Positions 19,351 through 28,506 of a stretch of DNA of 64,000 nt are shown here, piece by piece. The first letter of the stretch is position 1. Every line of letters begins with the position of its first letter. A program made the position numbers and the translations under genes. The notes under the pieces are model-generated. The model did no database searches, had not been told where the DNA came from, and worked only from the letters and a program-made list of their open reading frames with translations. This stretch comes from Myxococcota bacterium (GTDB taxonomy: Bacteria; Myxococcota_A; UBA796; UBA2385), in the NCBI GenBank assembly GCA_044344255.1, contig JBIJDH010000007.1:96001-160000 (forward strand). The letters run 5' to 3'.

Positions 19351-20619
19351 ATGTCCGTCACCCAGCCCGCGCCCGAGCGCCACCGCACCCTCGGGCGCGG
19401 CCTGCTGCCGCTCCTGCTCGTGGTCGGCCCGGCCTGTGACGGCGGCGCCGCGAAGGAGCCCGGGTCTGTTCAGTCGACCGTCGACGAGCTCGTCCAGGTC
19501 GTGCCGGGCAGCGGGCTGCCCGCGGAGCTCGTGACGCAGGACGCCAACAACAACCTCGACGTCATCGAGCACGGCGGGGCCTACTTCCTCGTCTTCCGCA
19601 CCGCGCCCTCGCACTTCGCGAGCCCGCTCACCGAGCTGCACCTGCTCCGCTCGGCAGACCAGGTCACTTGGACGGAGGAGCTCTCCGTTCACCTCGGCAC
19701 CGACCTCCGAGAGCCCCGCCTGCTCTCCTTCGAGGGCCAGCTCATCCTCTACTTCGCCGAGCTCGGTGACGACCCGCTCGCCTTCGAGCCCGCAGGCACC
19801 TGGGTGAGCGTGCGCGGCGCGGATGGGGTGTGGAGCAGCCCCGCGCGGTCGAGCTTCGAGCCCGACTTCATCCCCTGGCGCATCCACACCCACGACGGGG
19901 TGCCCGAGCTCACCGGCTACACCGGCGGCGACGACATCTACGAGCCCGCCCCCGACTCGGGGGGAGAGCCCATCGCGCCGCACATCTCGGTCTACTACCT
20001 CCGGTCGACCGATGGCCTCTCCTGGACGGCGGTCGACCCCGATCACCCCGTGGTCGAGGTGGGCGGCGGCTCGGAGACCGACCTCGCCCACCTCGATGAC
20101 GGCTCGATCGTCGCCGTGACCCGGAACGAGCCCGGCGACGAGCTCGGCTGGGGGAGCCGCATCTGCACCGCCCCCGCCGACGCGCTGGGCGAGTGGGACT
20201 GTGTGGGGGACCCGAAGAAGTACGACTCGCCCCTGGTCTTTCGTACCAATAACCATGTGTACCTGATCGGTCGTCGAAACGTCACGGAGACGGGGAATTA
20301 CGACCTCGGATACCGTGACCTCTCCGCCCAGGAGCAGACGATCCAGTACCAGGCCGCCTACTGGGGCACGCCGAAACGCTGCGCCCTCTGGGAGGTCCAA
20401 CCCGAGGCGCGGCGCGTCGACTTCATCCTCGACCTGCCGAGCAAGGGCGACACCTGCTTCGCCTCGATCCTGGACGAGGGGCTGGTCGAGGGGGGCCGCG
20501 GGCACCAGTATCGTGTGTACAACTACAGCTCGCCGGTGGACGGGCCGGACGTCTCCTGGGTCGAGGGGCAGACCGGACAGACCTTCATCTACAGCCAGCG
20601 CCTCGTCGTACCGGAGTAG
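19351..20619 (+). CDS. Lipoprotein with Asp-box/BNR-like repeats (beta-propeller, glycosidase-like)
   Basis: LLLVVGPAC lipobox; LRSADQVTW and LRSTDGLSW; DLREPRL. Alternative ATG at 19330. Confidence 0.7.
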   Translation: MSVTQPAPERHRTLGRGLLPLLLVVGPACDGGAAKEPGSVQSTVDELVQVVPGSGLPAELVTQDANNNLDVIEHGGAYFLVFRTAPSHFASPLTELHLLRSADQVTWTEELSVHLGTDLREPRLLSFEGQLILYFAELGDDPLAFEPAGTWVSVRGADGVWSSPARSSFEPDFIPWRIHTHDGVPELTGYTGGDDIYEPAPDSGGEPIAPHISVYYLRSTDGLSWTAVDPDHPVVEVGGGSETDLAHLDDGSIVAVTRNEPGDELGWGSRICTAPADALGEWDCVGDPKKYDSPLVFRTNNHVYLIGRRNVTETGNYDLGYRDLSAQEQTIQYQAAYWGTPKRCALWEVQPEARRVDFILDLPSKGDTCFASILDEGLVEGGRGHQYRVYNYSSPVDGPDVSWVEGQTGQTFIYSQRLVVPE

Positions 20620-20625
20620 CCGAGC

Positions 20626-21351
20626 TTGAACCTGCTCCTGCTCCTCGCCGAAGAGGTCGATTCTGCCGGGCGATGCCGCCTCACCGGGCGCCGGCGCGCG
20701 CACGCCGAGGAGGTCCTCGGGGTCGCGGCGGGAGACCGGCTGCGGGTGGGCGTCGTGGGCGGGGCGGTGGGCGAAGGGCGGGTGATCTCCCTCGATTCGG
20801 AGGCGCTCACGCTGGAGGTCTCCCTCGACGCAGCGCCGCCGCCTCGCCCCGGCATCGACCTGCTGCTCGCCCTGCCGCGCCCCAAGGCCGTGAAGCGCAT
20901 CCTCCCCGTGCTCAGCCAGCTCGGTGTCGATCGGGTGGTGCTCTGCAATGCGGCCCGCGTGGAGAAGAGCTACTTCTCGAGCCCGACGCTCACCGCCGAG
21001 GTGGTGCGCCAGACCTTGCTGGAGGGCCTCGAGCAGGCCCGCGACACCGTGCTGCCGGAGGTCCTCATCCGGGAGCGCTTCCGGCCCTTCGTCGAGGATG
21101 AGCTCGACGCGCTCTTCTCGGGCCCCGGGCGCCGCCTGCTCCTCCACCCCGCGGCGCCACGGCCGCTGCCCGCCCGGCCGGCGCCGGGGCGGACGCTGCT
21201 CGCCGTGGGGCCGGAGGGGGGCTGGGTGCCCTTCGAGGTCGAGCTGCTCGAGCGCCTCGGCTTCGAGGCGGCCTCGCTCGGCCCGCGGATCCTGCGCACC
21301 GAGACGCTCATCCCCTACCTGCTCGGCGCTTGCCGGGGGGAGCCCGCGTGA
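20626..21351 (+). CDS. rsmE: 16S rRNA m3U1498 methyltransferase RsmE
   Basis: H...VL, LALPRPK, EQA, VGPEGG, LGPRILRTET. Confidence 0.92.
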   Translation: MNLLLLLAEEVDSAGRCRLTGRRRAHAEEVLGVAAGDRLRVGVVGGAVGEGRVISLDSEALTLEVSLDAAPPPRPGIDLLLALPRPKAVKRILPVLSQLGVDRVVLCNAARVEKSYFSSPTLTAEVVRQTLLEGLEQARDTVLPEVLIRERFRPFVEDELDALFSGPGRRLLLHPAAPRPLPARPAPGRTLLAVGPEGGWVPFEVELLERLGFEAASLGPRILRTETLIPYLLGACRGEPA

Positions 21352-21839
21352 CGGACCTTGAGCTCGAGTCTGCGCTGCGGCGGGTCACCCGTCGGTCGAT
21401 CGCCGGCATCCTCGTCGTCGGCGCCGGCACCTTCGCGATGGGCCTCTTCGCCGCGCTCTGCGGGGCGCTGCGCCTCGATCCCGACATGCGGCACTACAGC
21501 GCCCTGATGTGGGCGGCCTACGGCGGGATGGTCTGCTTCTTCTGCGCCGTGGGCCTGCTGATGGCGGTCTCAGCGGTGTTCGTCGTGCCGCGACGGGGCC
21601 GGCAGTTCGTGGAGCGGGTGATGAAGCGCCCGGAGACGATCTCCCGCCTCTGGCTCATCCTCGCGAAGCACAAGTACAACCCAGCGGATCAGCCGGGTCA
21701 GCTCGGGACGAGCACCTCGCTCGCCGCCCAGACGGTAGACGACAAACACTTCCAGTTCATGGTGCCGGGCGATGAGGCCGAGGCCCTGCTGCAGGCCATC
21801 GCGGCGCGGGCGCCCGGCGCGAAGATCGGCCCGCCTTGA
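21348..21839 (+). CDS. Hypothetical membrane protein (2 TM)
   Basis: GTGA overlap with rsmE; two hydrophobic helices. Confidence 0.7.
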   Translation: MTDLELESALRRVTRRSIAGILVVGAGTFAMGLFAALCGALRLDPDMRHYSALMWAAYGGMVCFFCAVGLLMAVSAVFVVPRRGRQFVERVMKRPETISRLWLILAKHKYNPADQPGQLGTSTSLAAQTVDDKHFQFMVPGDEAEALLQAIAARAPGAKIGPP

Positions 21840-21887
21840 TCTTTGGAAGCGTGATCGTGACATGATGGAGCGCCCTTTCCTCCCTGA

Positions 21888-23042
21888 GTGCGCATGGTCG
21901 GTTTCATCACGTTGTTTCTGAGGCTCCTTCTCCACGGGGAGGCAATCGCGGGCGAACCGGTGGCCAACGCAGGTGAAATTCCTGTGCTTGCCGACCTGTT
22001 ACAGCGGACCGGGTGGTCTCCTACTCCAGAACTCACCGGCACCATCCGGGTAGGTGACATCTTCGCGACCACAGGCCAGGGAGAGCAGTGGCAGGGAGAA
22101 GGGTGTCTTTCGAGTACGCCTCGCGTTTCTCCCTACACGCAGGTGGACCTGACTTCTCAGTTGGAGTCTGGCGTTCGGGTGCGATTCGGTCTCGGACAAG
22201 GCGGAACGGAGTCAGGCATCTCGAGGAAGATGCGATTCGGCGCCCCGACCCACCATGCCCTCCCTGGGATGGCGCTCGACCTTTCTCCTCCCTGTGTCGA
22301 GACGCTGAGAAAGATGTCCGCCCGAGGAGCCGACCTTCACAGCTGGTATGTCGTGAAGGAAGTCCTGATGGCAGAAATTACGGAGCAATCCTGCGGGAGA
22401 GTAGACGCTGGTGGTAGCTTCGTGGGCTTGGGCGGAGCGGAGGTTGAGCTTGCCCAGGCGTGCAGTCAGACCACGCAAGAGCCTGTCGCCGTGGCGTGGC
22501 GAACGGTCGGGGTGGTGGAGCTCGATCCTTCCCTGGTGCCAACATCCTTGCCACGGTCGGACGGGTTAAATAGCGTGCCCGGCGCAAGCGGGTCGCGTAC
22601 CACAGGTGGGGCTGCCACCTTGTCCACTCCTGCAGAGAAGCCCAAGTCGAGCAGCCGGACTGCGACCGGTACGGCTCGGTCGGCCGAGCTCCGTACGGAC
22701 GGCTTTTATCTTTGCGAGATTCCTGTCGGCATTGTTGGGATCGTCTCCCAACCGGCCTCCATTCTCGTCTGGCCCGACGGCCGCGCCGCGCTGGGTTCCG
22801 CATTGACCGTCAACGGATTGTATCGAAATTATTCCGGTCTTCGTGCGAATCCTGACGCTGCGACCGCCCTTGAGGCGACCGGTGGTGATAGCTTCTTACT
22901 TCTTGAGCCGGGCGCTGAGGTTGTTATTCACCCCACCGAGGGCTCTATCATTCGAACCGACTGGACTTGGCGGGGCTTGAATAAGATCAATGGTCCGGGG
23001 GTGAAATCTCTCCCCTGTCCCTTCGTGGAGGATGATGATTGA
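21888..23042 (+). CDS. Hypothetical secreted protein with atypical (lower GC3) codon usage
   Basis: Signal-peptide-like N-terminus; two domains separated by a Ser/Thr/Gly linker; many A/T third positions. Confidence 0.7.
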   Translation: MRMVGFITLFLRLLLHGEAIAGEPVANAGEIPVLADLLQRTGWSPTPELTGTIRVGDIFATTGQGEQWQGEGCLSSTPRVSPYTQVDLTSQLESGVRVRFGLGQGGTESGISRKMRFGAPTHHALPGMALDLSPPCVETLRKMSARGADLHSWYVVKEVLMAEITEQSCGRVDAGGSFVGLGGAEVELAQACSQTTQEPVAVAWRTVGVVELDPSLVPTSLPRSDGLNSVPGASGSRTTGGAATLSTPAEKPKSSSRTATGTARSAELRTDGFYLCEIPVGIVGIVSQPASILVWPDGRAALGSALTVNGLYRNYSGLRANPDAATALEATGGDSFLLLEPGAEVVIHPTEGSIIRTDWTWRGLNKINGPGVKSLPCPFVEDDD

Positions 23043-23068
23043 CGGCGAATGGCTGCAGAAACGGCAAT

Positions 23069-24187
23069 ATGAGTCGTGTGTGCAATCTTTGCGCATTCGG
23101 CCTCGGCGCTCTTTCCCTTTCGGGAGTCGCCCTGGCCTGGCCGCTCCAAGGGCCCGAGGGGCCGCTTCAGGGCCAGGACGTCGATGCTGCCTCGGTCTTC
23201 GTCGAGTCGACGGCCTGGCCGAAGGGGCGGGTGAGCACCGATCCGGCCGCCCTCGCCGCGGAGGCCGCGGCGGTGCTCGCTTACCTCGAGGGGGAGGGGG
23301 CGGAGGACCCGCGCGCCGCCCACGCGGGGCTGCTCGGCGAGCGGGGGGTGGACGAGCTCCGGCGCACCCTCCGCTGGATCGTCGAGATCGAGGCCGAGGA
23401 CCGGGGGCGGGCCCGTCAGCGGCTCACCGATCCGAGCTTCCTCGCCGCCTCGCTGCGGTGGTTCTCGTGGGACCCGCCCGGCGCGCCGCGGGACCTGCGC
23501 CTCACGAAGTACGGCGTCTGGGGGGTGGAGGGGCGCGCCCGACCGGAGCCCCCCTTCGACCGCGCGCTCTACGCGGTGCCCGACGACGAGGCGGGCCTCG
23601 ACGAGGCCGCGGCCGCGGCGCTCGGCCCCGCCCTCACGCGCTACCGGTACACCCGACAAGACCTCATCAGCGGCGTCTTTGAGGCCGGCGGGGCGGCGGT
23701 CGGGCAGGCTCGGCCGCTCGTCTACCTGCGCGAGGCCGACGTCCACGAGGCCAACCTCCAGGGGACGCTGTCGGTCACCGTGCCCGGGGAGCCCCCCCGC
23801 CTCTACAACGTCGCTCGGCCAAACCCCTGGCCCTACGTGCGCGGGAGAGCGCCGGCCGCGCAGGAGCGCTGCTGGTATTTTCGTCCGGTCGAGGCGGTGT
23901 TCGGTTGGGGCCACCGCCCCGAGGTGCGCATCCCGCTGACCGGCGGCGTGGCCGTCGCCGGGGACGTCTACAACCTCGGCGTGGGGCGCCTGATCGGCCT
24001 CCGCTGGGTGGGGCCCGCGGGGCCGGAGCTGCGCCTCGTCCTCCTCGCCGACACCGGCGGCGCCTTTCAGCCGAACCTCGGCCAGCTCGACTGGTACGCC
24101 GGGGTCTTCTCCTCCCGCGACGCGCTCTTTCGGGAGACGAAGGCGTTGCCGGAGCGGGCGGCGGCGGGGCTGCTCGTGCTGCGCTGA
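23069..24187 (+). CDS. MltA-like lytic transglycosylase with 3D domain
   Basis: Signal peptide; LQGT; AVAGD; LADTGGAF...LDWYAG. The start could be TTG 23039. Confidence 0.75.
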   Translation: MSRVCNLCAFGLGALSLSGVALAWPLQGPEGPLQGQDVDAASVFVESTAWPKGRVSTDPAALAAEAAAVLAYLEGEGAEDPRAAHAGLLGERGVDELRRTLRWIVEIEAEDRGRARQRLTDPSFLAASLRWFSWDPPGAPRDLRLTKYGVWGVEGRARPEPPFDRALYAVPDDEAGLDEAAAAALGPALTRYRYTRQDLISGVFEAGGAAVGQARPLVYLREADVHEANLQGTLSVTVPGEPPRLYNVARPNPWPYVRGRAPAAQERCWYFRPVEAVFGWGHRPEVRIPLTGGVAVAGDVYNLGVGRLIGLRWVGPAGPELRLVLLADTGGAFQPNLGQLDWYAGVFSSRDALFRETKALPERAAAGLLVLR

Positions 24188-24209
24188 GGGCCGCCTCCCG
24201 CTCCTCGTC

Positions 24210-26111
24210 TCAGCCAGCGCCGGGCCGGACCAGCAGGACGGAGGGGAGGCCGTTGAGCGCGGGGTGTGCGCCCGCGCCGAGGGTGGCGATCACGAGGGTG
24301 TGGGCGGCCGCCGCTTCGCTGAGCCCCTCGGCGGAGTCGCTGCGCCGCACGTCGCCAGCGGCGAGGAAGCGCTCGATCAGGGCCTGGACGGAGGGGTGGG
24401 TCGGGCCCGGCGGCACGACGATGCGCTCGATCGCCACCAGCCCGTGGTTGACGAAGACCGCGACGTCGCCGCTGGCGGCGTTGAGGACCTGCCGGACGAC
24501 GCCCCCGAGCGGATCTCCGCTCACCACGGGGCGGTGGACGCCGATGACGATGAGCTCGGCCCCCTTGGCGGTGGCCACCTCGCAGATGTCGGGGGCCGGG
24601 TTGGCGGAGACGAAGGAGAGGGTGCGGAGCGGCACCTTGGCGGCGGCGGCGGCGGCGGCGATGACGTCGAGGGGCTCTTTCTCGTCGCGCGGCGGCTCAG
24701 CTTGGAGGTAGACGCTCGGCCGGTCGGGGCGGAGCAGGTGGAGGGCCAGGAGCTCCTGGCCGGGGTGCAGCAGGCGTCGACCGATGGTGATCATCGCGGC
24801 GGCGATGGCCGGATCGGAGAGGCAGAGCAGGGCCGCGGGCCGGGGCACGAGGTCGGTCGGGTGCTCGACGAAGAGCTCCTTCTCCATCTCTTTGCGGGGG
24901 AAGATCCGCTCGAGCAGCGGGCTCGTGATCCAGGTGGTGACGAGGGCCATGATGACCATCATCGTGAAGAGGGCGGGTGAGAGCACGCCGAGGTCGAGGC
25001 CGACGTTGAGGACGATGAGCTCCATCAGGCCGCGGGTGTTCATCAGCACCCCCACCGCCGCCGACTCCCGCCAGGACAGGCCGACCATCTTGGCGACGAT
25101 CGCGCTCCCGCCGAACTTGCCGACGCAGGCCACGGCGATGATGGCGCCGCAGGCGGCCCAGGAGGCGAGGTCGTCGAGCTCGCCCACGGTCGTGCGGAGG
25201 CCGCTGTAGGCGAAGAACATCGGCAGGAGGACGATGGTGACGAAGTCCTCCACCTTCTCGACGATGGCCCGCGTGAAGCCGCTGCCGCGCGGCATGACGG
25301 AGCCGATGAGGAAGCTGCCGAAGAGGGCGTGAATGCCGATCAGATCGGTGAGGGCCGCCGAGGCCATCAGCGCGATGAAGGCGATGGCGACGACGGTGCC
25401 GGAGGCGCCCGCACCGGCCAGGGGGCCGAGGCGCCGCAGCAAGGGGCGCCCGACGAACCACACAAAGGCGATGTAGGCGGAGGCCAAGGCGGTGGTGCGC
25501 ACCGCGGAGCCGATGCCCTCCGCCCGCGCCACCGACACGACAAAAGCGAGGATGCACCAGGCTACCACGTCATTGACGGCGGCGCAGGCGAGCGAGATGG
25601 CCCCCATGCGTGACTTCATCAAGCCGCGCTCGGCGAGGATCCGCGCCAGCACGGGAAATGCGGTGATGCTCATCGCCGTGCCCATGAAGAGGGCGAAGGA
25701 GACGAAGGGCACCCCGGCCGGAGCGAGGCTGCCGTGCAGGGGCCAGGCGAGCCCGACGCCGAGCGCGAAGGGGGTGACGATGCCGGCGAGGCTGATCGCG
25801 ATCGTCGACGATCCCCGCCCCTCCATGAGCTTGGGGTCAAACTCGAGGCCGACCAGGAACATGAAGAAGACGAGGCCGATCTGGCTCACCAGCGACAGCC
25901 CAGGCAGCGAGGCGGCCGGGAACAGCAGCTCGAGCCCGGCCGGCCAGAGCAGGCCGAGCAAGGAGGGCCCGAGCGCGATGCCGGCCAGGACCTCGGCGAT
26001 CACCGCGGGCTGGCCGAGCCTCCGAATCACCACAGCCAGCAGGCGGCCCACCAGGATGACCACGGTGAGCTGGATGAGCAGCAGTGCGGTGGGGGGGATG
26101 GCTTCGTGCAG
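24210..26111 (-). CDS. Cation/H+ antiporter (CPA2/Kef-like) with C-terminal USP-like domain
   Basis: QPAVIAEVLAGIALGPS, SITAFPVLARIL, MNTRGLMELIVLN. The first TM begins upstream of the track's GTG 26063; probable CTG start at 26111. Confidence 0.9.
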   Translation of the reverse strand: MHEAIPPTALLLIQLTVVILVGRLLAVVIRRLGQPAVIAEVLAGIALGPSLLGLLWPAGLELLFPAASLPGLSLVSQIGLVFFMFLVGLEFDPKLMEGRGSSTIAISLAGIVTPFALGVGLAWPLHGSLAPAGVPFVSFALFMGTAMSITAFPVLARILAERGLMKSRMGAISLACAAVNDVVAWCILAFVVSVARAEGIGSAVRTTALASAYIAFVWFVGRPLLRRLGPLAGAGASGTVVAIAFIALMASAALTDLIGIHALFGSFLIGSVMPRGSGFTRAIVEKVEDFVTIVLLPMFFAYSGLRTTVGELDDLASWAACGAIIAVACVGKFGGSAIVAKMVGLSWRESAAVGVLMNTRGLMELIVLNVGLDLGVLSPALFTMMVIMALVTTWITSPLLERIFPRKEMEKELFVEHPTDLVPRPAALLCLSDPAIAAAMITIGRRLLHPGQELLALHLLRPDRPSVYLQAEPPRDEKEPLDVIAAAAAAAKVPLRTLSFVSANPAPDICEVATAKGAELIVIGVHRPVVSGDPLGGVVRQVLNAASGDVAVFVNHGLVAIERIVVPPGPTHPSVQALIERFLAAGDVRRSDSAEGLSEAAAAHTLVIATLGAGAHPALNGLPSVLLVRPGAG

Positions 26112-26209
26112 GTTGGCTTCCGTTACGGCGTGGATGTGTGTAGCACACCGGTCGTGTGGCGCGAAGGGCTCGGGGTCCGGTGGGGGGTTCGAGCCGCGGA
26201 GGGCCCTAG

Positions 26210-26235
26210 TCTCACTCTCTTCTCATCTCTTCTCA
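26210..26235. promoter_or_regulatory. Three TCTCA direct repeats at 10-11 bp spacing, candidate OmpR-family operator
   Basis: TCTCA at 26210, 26221 and 26231, between the divergent antiporter and response regulator genes. Confidence 0.55.
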
Positions 26236-26362
26236 ACGGCCTCGGGCGGGGCCTCGAACTCAGAGCGGGTAAGGGATCGGCGGGGTGCTGGGTGCGCTCG
26301 GGAGGCTAAAGCAGACCTCTCAGCCCGGCTACCGGCGATGTCGAAGGGGGAGGTCTCCGGAT

Positions 26363-27034
26363 ATGCGGATCCTGATCGTCGAAGATGAGAAGAAGATCGC
26401 CAGCTTCTTGACTCGTGGCCTGTCTGAAGAGGGCCACTCGATGGTCGGGACGGGCGATCTCGCCCAGGCCCGCGCCGCCCTGGCGGACGGGAGCTTTGAC
26501 CTCTTGCTCGTCGATCGGATGCTCCCCGACGGAGACGGGCTCTCCCTCATCCGCGAGCTGCGCCGAGCCGGCGACCGCACCCCCGCCCTCTGCCTCACCG
26601 CCCGCGACCGCCTCGAAGAGCGGGTCGAAGGGCTCTACGGCGGCGCCGACGACTACCTCGTCAAGCCCTTCGCCTTCGAGGAGCTGCTGGCCCGCATCGC
26701 CGCCATCACCCGCCGCGGGACCACCACGCGGGTGCTGCAGGTGGGAGATCTGCAGATCGACACCGACGCCTACCGCGTGACCCGCGCCGGCGAAGAGATC
26801 ACCGTCACCGCTCAGGAGATGCGCCTGCTGCGCGTCCTCGCCGAGAACGCCGGTCGTGTGATGTCTCGTACCCGCCTCCTCGAGCTCGTCTGGGACACCC
26901 GCTTCGATCCTGGGACCAACGTGGTCGATGTCTACGTGAGCTACCTCCGCCAGAAGATCGACAAGGGGCACGATCGGGCCCTGCTCCACACGGTCCGCGG
27001 CGCCGGCTACGTCCTGGAGGACCGGCGCCGTTGA
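26363..27034 (+). CDS. OmpR/PhoB-family response regulator (CusR/CzcR-like)
   Basis: MRILIVEDE, D.MLP, GADDYLVKPF, NVVDVYVSYLR.KID, TVRGAGY. Confidence 0.95.
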   Translation: MRILIVEDEKKIASFLTRGLSEEGHSMVGTGDLAQARAALADGSFDLLLVDRMLPDGDGLSLIRELRRAGDRTPALCLTARDRLEERVEGLYGGADDYLVKPFAFEELLARIAAITRRGTTTRVLQVGDLQIDTDAYRVTRAGEEITVTAQEMRLLRVLAENAGRVMSRTRLLELVWDTRFDPGTNVVDVYVSYLRQKIDKGHDRALLHTVRGAGYVLEDRRR

Positions 27035-28335
27035 GCACGCTCACCGCGCGCCTCACCCGCCTCAGCGTCGGGCTGCTCCTCGGGGTCCTCGGGGCGACGG
27101 GCGTGCTCACCGCGAGCCTTCTCTACATCCTCCAGCTCCGCGCGCTCGATGACACCCTGGTCGCGGCGGCGCTGGCCTTCGGGGACCACGACTGGGACTC
27201 CGTTCACACAGAGTCCTCGGTGACCGTGGTTCGCGCGAGCGAACAAGAGCGCCGACTGTACTGGCGGGAGGATGAGAGCCCCGTCTGGACGGACGAGGGT
27301 GAGGAGCGGGTGCTCTACCTGCCGGTCGAGGTGAAGGGCGAGGACGGTGAGGACTCGGACGAGCACCAGCTCGTCATCGCTCGCGCGCCCCGGGTGAGCA
27401 TCCTCGGCAGCCTCGGGGCCTTCTCCCTCGCGTATGGCTTCGCCTCTTCGGCGGTGGTCGCCGTCGGCGCTTGGTTGCAGCGCAGGCTCGTCCTCGTGGC
27501 GGTGCGCCCGCTGAGAGAGGCGACGGGCTCGCTCTCGCGCGTGATGGGCGCGGGACAGGGGGCGCGGGTCTGTGAGGAGGGGCCGGACGAGGTCCGCTCG
27601 CTGCTCAAGGCCATCAACAGCCTGCTCGGCCGCCTCGACCGCGCCGCCCTCGTGCAGGCCCGCTTCACCGCCGAGGCCGCCCACGAGCTGCGCACCCCCG
27701 TCGCCGTGATGCTGGGTGAGCTCGATGTGGTGCTCCGGCGGCCCCGCTCGGACATTGAGCTCCGCGACGCGCTCGTCTCCAGCCGCGAAGAGGTGCGGCG
27801 CCTCGCCGATCTCGTAGACGGGCTGCTGCTGCTGGCGCGCATCGACGCGGGTCAAGCCGAGCAGGGGCGCGAGCGGGTGCGGGTGCGCGAGCTCATCGAG
27901 GAGGCTCGGCGGCGAGAGGGCGCCCAGATCATCGGCGCGGGCGGACACCTCGACGTGCGCGTCGAGGGGGAGCCCTGGGTGGAGGTCCACGCAGCGCTGA
28001 TCGTCTCGGCGATCGCCAACCTGCTCCGAAACGCGGCCCGCCACGCCCCGGGGAGCCGGGTGTCGGTGGAGGCGCGGCTCGTCGACGAGTCGGTGGTGAT
28101 CCTCGTCGAGGACGACGGCCCGGGCGTGCTCCCCGACGACCGGGAGTCTGTCTTCGATCGCCTCAGCCGCGGCACCCGGGCCCGCCAACACGGCGGTGGC
28201 CTCGGGCTCGGCCTGCCGTTGACCCGCGAGGTGGCCCGCCGGCACGGGGGGGACTGCTGGATGGAGCCCGGCCCCGGCTGCCGGGTGCGGATGCGCCTGC
28301 CCTCGTCCGACGCCCCGCATGGCCGGACCGCCTGA
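27031..28335 (+). CDS. Sensor histidine kinase (2 TM, HAMP, HisKA, HATPase)
   Basis: AHELRTP, NLLRNA, DDGPG, GLGLGL; TTGA-coupled to the response regulator. Confidence 0.93.
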   Translation: MSTLTARLTRLSVGLLLGVLGATGVLTASLLYILQLRALDDTLVAAALAFGDHDWDSVHTESSVTVVRASEQERRLYWREDESPVWTDEGEERVLYLPVEVKGEDGEDSDEHQLVIARAPRVSILGSLGAFSLAYGFASSAVVAVGAWLQRRLVLVAVRPLREATGSLSRVMGAGQGARVCEEGPDEVRSLLKAINSLLGRLDRAALVQARFTAEAAHELRTPVAVMLGELDVVLRRPRSDIELRDALVSSREEVRRLADLVDGLLLLARIDAGQAEQGRERVRVRELIEEARRREGAQIIGAGGHLDVRVEGEPWVEVHAALIVSAIANLLRNAARHAPGSRVSVEARLVDESVVILVEDDGPGVLPDDRESVFDRLSRGTRARQHGGGLGLGLPLTREVARRHGGDCWMEPGPGCRVRMRLPSSDAPHGRTA

Positions 28336-28341
28336 CTGTCA

Positions 28342-28358
28342 AGGTCAGATTCTGACCT
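28342..28358. promoter_or_regulatory. Perfect 8-1-8 palindrome upstream of recN
   Basis: AGGTCAGA-T-TCTGACCT. Confidence 0.45.
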
Positions 28359-28379
28359 GCGCCCGGAGGCGGACACTGG

Positions 28380-28388
28380 TTATCCACA
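28380..28388 (+). promoter_or_regulatory. Consensus DnaA box upstream of recN
   Basis: TTATCCACA, followed by degenerate box-like 9-mers up to ~28420. Confidence 0.65.
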
Positions 28389-28506
28389 GCTTGTGCGCAA
28401 GCCTGTTGACATGTCCACGAAGCGCCTCGAAGTCTCCCGAGCACGGGCGGCGTCTCTGGCGTCCTCTTGGATCTACCTTCTCATCTCCTGAGGCGGCCTC
28501 CCCGAC

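Noticed and set aside
28336..28506. oriC
   Set aside because: Only one perfect DnaA box, a short interval, no AT-rich unwinding element and no dnaA/dnaN in the window.
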